This document shows positions 19,652 to 23,636 of a DNA stretch of 23,636 nt, piece after piece. The notes under the pieces were generated by a model. It saw nothing but the letters and a program-made list of their open reading frames with translations. It did no database searches and was not told where the DNA came from. Origin of the DNA: a virus (lineage: Duplodnaviria > Heunggongvirae > Uroviricota > Caudoviricetes); IMG/VR virus record IMGVR_UViG_2897328257_000001, one strand, 5' to 3'. A program made the position numbers and the translations under genes. Within the stretch, counting starts at the first letter, position 1; the number at the start of each line of letters is the position of its first letter.

Positions 19652-19678
19652 AGCCCGCCGGTTCAGGCGGGCTTTTTT
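19652..19678 (+). terminator. Rho-independent terminator after lom (AGCCCGCC-ggttca-GGCGGGCT + TTTTTT)
   Basis: 8-bp stem plus T-tract directly after the lom stop. Confidence 0.8.
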
Positions 19679-19689
19679 GTGGGGTGAAT

Positions 19690-22600
19690 ATGGCAGTAAA
19701 GATTTCAGGTGTACTGAAAGACGGCACAGGAAAACCGGTACAGAACTGCACAATCCAGCTGAAAGCAAAACGTAACAGCACCACGGTGGTGGTGAACACG
19801 CTGGCCTCAGAAAATCCGGATGAAGCCGGGCGTTACAGCATGGACGTTGAGTACGGTCAGTACAGCGTTATTCTGTTGGTGGAAGGATTCCCGCCGTCAC
19901 ATGCCGGGACCATCACCGTGTATGAAGATTCTCAACCCGGTACGCTGAATGATTTTCTCGGTGCCATGACGGAGGATGATGCCCGTCCGGAGGCACTGCG
20001 CCGTTTTGAACTGATGGTGGAAGAGGTGGCGCGTAACGCGTCCGCGGTGGCACAGAACACGGCAGCCGCGAAGAAGTCAGCCAGTGATGCCAGCACATCA
20101 GCCCGTGAGGCGGCAACCCATGCGGCTGATGCTGCGGACTCAGCACGCGCAGCCAGCACGTCAGCCGGACAGGCCGCGTCGTCGGCTCAGTCAGCGTCTT
20201 CCAGCGCAGGAACGGCATCAACAAAGGCCACTGAAGCATCAAAAAGTGCTGCCGCTGCAGAGTCCTCAAAAAGCGCGGCGGCCACCAGTGCCGGTGCGGC
20301 GAAAACGTCAGAAACGAATGCTTCAGCGTCACAACAATCAGCAGCCACATCTGCATCCACCGCGACCACGAAGGCATCAGAAGCTGCGACCTCGGCCCGG
20401 GATGCGGCGGCCTCAAAAGAGGCGGCAAAATCATCAGAAACGAGCGCAGCCTCGAGCGCCAGTAGTGCAGCTTCCTCGGCAACGGCGGCAGGAAATTCCG
20501 CGAAGGCGGCAAAAACGTCCGAGACGAACGCCAGGTCTTCTGAAACGGCAGCGGGACAGAGCGCCTCAGCTGCGGCAGGCTCAAAAACAGCGGCTGCGTC
20601 GTCTGCCAGTGCAGCGTCAACAAGTGCCGGGCAGGCCTCAGCCAGTGCCACCGCCGCCGGAAAATCGGCAGAAAGCGCTGCATTGTCCGCTTCAACAGCC
20701 ACAACGAAGGCTGGCGAAGCCGCTGAACAGGCCAGCGCAGCAGCGAGGTCTGCATCCGCAGCGAAGACATCCGAAACGAACGCGAAAGCGTCGGAAACCA
20801 GCGCAGAATCCTCAAAAACGGCAGCGGCATCGTCTGCCAGTTCGGCGGCGTCATCGGCATCATCTGCGTCTGCTTCAAAAGATGAGGCGACCAGACAGGC
20901 GTCAGCAGCGAAGGGCAGCGCCACGACGGCATCCACGAAGGCGACAGAGGCTGCTGGCAGTGCGACAGCGGCAGCACAGAGCAAAAGTACGGCGGAATCC
21001 GCGGCAACGCGCGCCGAGACAGCAGCTAAACGGGCAGAGGATATTGCATCCGCCGTGGCGCTTGAGGATGCAAGTACGACGAAAAAGGGGATAGTACAGC
21101 TCAGCAGTGCGACCAACAGTACGTCTGAAACGCTGGCGGCAACGCCAAAGTCAGTAAAATCAGCCTATGACAATGCAGAGAAACGTCTGCAGAAAGACCA
21201 GAACGGCGCTGATATACCCGATAAGGGACGCTTCCTGAACAACATTAACGCGGTCAGTAAAACAGACTTTGCTGATAAGCGTGGTATGCGTTATGTGCGG
21301 GTTAACGCTCCTGCAGGTGCAACATCTGGAAAATATTACCCTGTTGTTGTTATGCGTTCTGCTGGCTCAGTAAGCGAACTGGCATCAAGGGTCATTATCA
21401 CCACGGCAACGCGAACCGCAGGCGATCCGATGAATAACTGCGAGTTTAACGGATTTGTTATGCCTGGTGGCTGGACTGACAGGGGGCGTTATGCTTATGG
21501 AATGTTCTGGCAATATCAAAACAATGAACGAGCCATCCACTCAATAATGATGAGTAATAAGGGCGATGATTTGCGCTCTGTGTTCTATGTTGATGGCGCT
21601 GCTTTCCCTGTTTTTGCGTTTATCGAAGATGGCCTGTCAATATCCGCACCTGGTGCTGATCTCGTTGTTAATGATACGACCTATAAGTTTGGGGCAACAA
21701 TTCCAGCGACTGAATGTATCGCGGCGGACGTTATCCTTGATTTTAAGAGTGGGCGTGGTTTTTATGAGTCCCATTCGTTAATCGTTAACGATAACTTGTC
21801 GTGCAAAAAACTTTTTGCCACAGACGAAATTGTAGCGCGTGGTGGTAATCAGATTCGAATGATAGGTGGGGAGTATGGGGCATTATGGCGTAATGATGGC
21901 GCTAAAACTTACCTGCTGCTTACCAATCAAGGTGATGTTTATGGTGGCTGGAATACATTAAGACCGTTTGCTATTGATAACGCAACCGGCGAACTGGTTA
22001 TTGGAACCAAACTGTCCGCAAGTCTGAACGGTAACGCATTGACAGCAACAAAGCTGCAAACGCCAAGACTGGTTTCTGGGGTTGAGTTTGATGGTTCAAA
22101 AGATATTACTTTAACCGCCGCGCATGTGGCTGCTTTTGCCAGAAGGGCAACGGATACATATGCCGATGCGGATGGTGGCGTTCCCTGGAATGCCGAATCA
22201 GGCGCTTACAATGTCACCCGCTCTGGCGACAGCTATATTCTGGTTAACTTCTATACCGGAGTCGGAAGTTGCCGGACCCTGCAGATGAAGGCGCATTACA
22301 GAAATGGAGGTCTGTTCTACCGTTCCTCAAGAGATGGCTATGGTTTTGAGGAAGACTGGGCAGAAGTTTATACCTCGAAAAATCTTCCACCAGAAAGCTA
22401 CCCAGTCGGCGCACCAATCCCGTGGCCATCAGATACCGTTCCGTCTGGTTATGCCCTGATGCAGGGGCAGACTTTTGACAAATCTGCATACCCGAAACTT
22501 GCAGTTGCTTATCCGTCAGGCGTGATCCCTGATATGCGTGGCTGGACGATTAAGGGCAAACCTGCCAGTGGTCGGGCCGTATTGTCTCAGGAACAGGACG

Positions 22601-23052
22601 GCATTAAATCGCACACCCACAGCGCCAGCGCATCCAGTACGGATTTGGGTACGAAAACCACATCGTCGTTTGATTACGGCACTAAATCCACGAATAACAC
22701 CGGGGCACATACACACAGTGTGAGCGGCTCTACAAACTCGGCTGGAGCACACACACACTCACTAGCCAACGTGAACACGGCTAGTGCTAACTCCGGTGCT
22801 GATAGTGCATCAACAAGATTGTCTGTTGTGCATAATCAAAACTATGCAACATCATCTGCTGGCGCACATACCCACTCACTGTCCGGCACTGCTGCAAGCG
22901 CAGGTGCACACGCACATACTGTCGGTATTGGTGCTCATACGCACTCGGTTGCGATTGGCTCACATGGACACACCATCACCGTTAACGCTGCTGGTAACGC
23001 GGAAAACACCGTCAAAAACATCGCATTTAACTATATTGTGAGGCTTGCATAA
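19690..23052 (+). CDS. stf: Side tail fibre protein Stf (mosaic; long Ala/Ser-rich low-complexity region, divergent central domain, C-terminal His-rich GAHTHS-type repeats), 1120 aa
   Basis: N-terminus [26 protein letters not shown]... and C-terminus ...[29 protein letters not shown] match lambda Stf as recalled; ATG at 19690 preceded by GGGG (the ORF-track GTG at 19684 is not used). Confidence 0.9.
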   Translation: MAVKISGVLKDGTGKPVQNCTIQLKAKRNSTTVVVNTLASENPDEAGRYSMDVEYGQYSVILLVEGFPPSHAGTITVYEDSQPGTLNDFLGAMTEDDARPEALRRFELMVEEVARNASAVAQNTAAAKKSASDASTSAREAATHAADAADSARAASTSAGQAASSAQSASSSAGTASTKATEASKSAAAAESSKSAAATSAGAAKTSETNASASQQSAATSASTATTKASEAATSARDAAASKEAAKSSETSAASSASSAASSATAAGNSAKAAKTSETNARSSETAAGQSASAAAGSKTAAASSASAASTSAGQASASATAAGKSAESAALSASTATTKAGEAAEQASAAARSASAAKTSETNAKASETSAESSKTAAASSASSAASSASSASASKDEATRQASAAKGSATTASTKATEAAGSATAAAQSKSTAESAATRAETAAKRAEDIASAVALEDASTTKKGIVQLSSATNSTSETLAATPKSVKSAYDNAEKRLQKDQNGADIPDKGRFLNNINAVSKTDFADKRGMRYVRVNAPAGATSGKYYPVVVMRSAGSVSELASRVIITTATRTAGDPMNNCEFNGFVMPGGWTDRGRYAYGMFWQYQNNERAIHSIMMSNKGDDLRSVFYVDGAAFPVFAFIEDGLSISAPGADLVVNDTTYKFGATIPATECIAADVILDFKSGRGFYESHSLIVNDNLSCKKLFATDEIVARGGNQIRMIGGEYGALWRNDGAKTYLLLTNQGDVYGGWNTLRPFAIDNATGELVIGTKLSASLNGNALTATKLQTPRLVSGVEFDGSKDITLTAAHVAAFARRATDTYADADGGVPWNAESGAYNVTRSGDSYILVNFYTGVGSCRTLQMKAHYRNGGLFYRSSRDGYGFEEDWAEVYTSKNLPPESYPVGAPIPWPSDTVPSGYALMQGQTFDKSAYPKLAVAYPSGVIPDMRGWTIKGKPASGRAVLSQEQDGIKSHTHSASASSTDLGTKTTSSFDYGTKSTNNTGAHTHSVSGSTNSAGAHTHSLANVNTASANSGADSASTRLSVVHNQNYATSSAGAHTHSLSGTAASAGAHAHTVGIGAHTHSVAIGSHGHTITVNAAGNAENTVKNIAFNYIVRLA

Positions 23053-23636
23053 TGGCATTCAGAATGAGTGAACAACCACGGACCATAAAAATTTATAATC
23101 TGCTGGCCGGAACTAATGAATTTATTGGTGAAGGTGACGCATATATTCCGCCTCATACAGGTCTGCCAGCAAACAGTACCGATATTGCACCGCCAGATAT
23201 TCCGGCAGGCTTCGTGGCTGTTTTCAACAGTGATGAGGCATCGTGGCATCTCGTTGAAGACCATCGGGGTAAAACCGTCTATGACGTGGCTTCCGGCGAC
23301 GCGTTATTTATTTCTGAACTCGGCTCATTACCGGAAAATGTCACCTGGTTATCCCCGGAAGGGGAGTTTCAGAAGTGGAACGGCACAACCTGGGTGAAAG
23401 ATGCAGAAGCAGAAAAACTGTTCCGGATCCGGGAGGCGGAAGAAACAAAAAACAGCCTGATGCAGGTAGCCAGTGAGCATATTGCGCCACTTCAGGATGC
23501 TGCAGATCTGGAAATCGCAACGGAGGGAGAAACCTCGTTGCTGGAAGCCTGGAAAAAGTATCGGGTGTTGCTGAACCGTGTTGATACATCAACTGCACCT
23601 GATATTGAGTGGCCTACGAACCCTGTCAGGGAGTAA
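23052..23636 (+). CDS. tfa: Tail fibre assembly protein Tfa, 194 aa
   Basis: [44 protein letters not shown]... matches lambda Tfa family; start overlaps the stf stop. Confidence 0.93.
   Translation: MAFRMSEQPRTIKIYNLLAGTNEFIGEGDAYIPPHTGLPANSTDIAPPDIPAGFVAVFNSDEASWHLVEDHRGKTVYDVASGDALFISELGSLPENVTWLSPEGEFQKWNGTTWVKDAEAEKLFRIREAEETKNSLMQVASEHIAPLQDAADLEIATEGETSLLEAWKKYRVLLNRVDTSTAPDIEWPTNPVRE

Noticed and set aside
19913-21116. Very long alternative-frame ORFs (336, 364 and 309 aa) overlapping stf on both strands
   Set aside because: Artefacts of the GC-rich, repetitive Ala/Ser codon region of Stf, which lacks stop codons in several frames; products are Arg/Pro/Gln- or Ala/Asp-rich low complexity.

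Overview
This window is a mosaic lambdoid prophage of an Escherichia-like enterobacterium, running from the integrase end to the tail-fibre end, with one candidate novel locus just downstream of PL. All calls are from reading the sequence and ORF track by eye; no searches or folding were run. Left arm (minus strand): tyrosine integrase, excisionase-like gene, and a five-gene early-left operon whose sizes and order match the CPS-53/KplE1 yfdP-Q-R-S-T cluster. Immunity region: leftward promoter with a TTGACA -35 (PL), operator 19-mers, an S24-peptidase CI-like repressor with a strong terminator, a rightward promoter and a cro-like gene. Between PL and the yfdP-like gene lies the most unusual part (about 3966-5130): a GC-rich, hairpin-dense non-coding segment of roughly 300 bp, then an AT-rich plus-strand ORF (coiled-coil plus CxxC...CxxC) flanked by about 19-bp inverted repeats, with its own terminator and an rrn-type boxA on the opposite strand. 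Right of the immunity region: replication initiator with internal iteron repeats, a small wHTH-like protein and a Dam-family N6-adenine methyltransferase. An 11-N assembly gap at 9188-9198 abuts a complete IS911-like IS3-family element that truncates tail gene T. NinR, Q, lysis, terminase and head genes are absent from the window (deleted or lost in the gap). The remainder is a lambda-like tail module: H, M, L, K, I, J, lom, stf, tfa.
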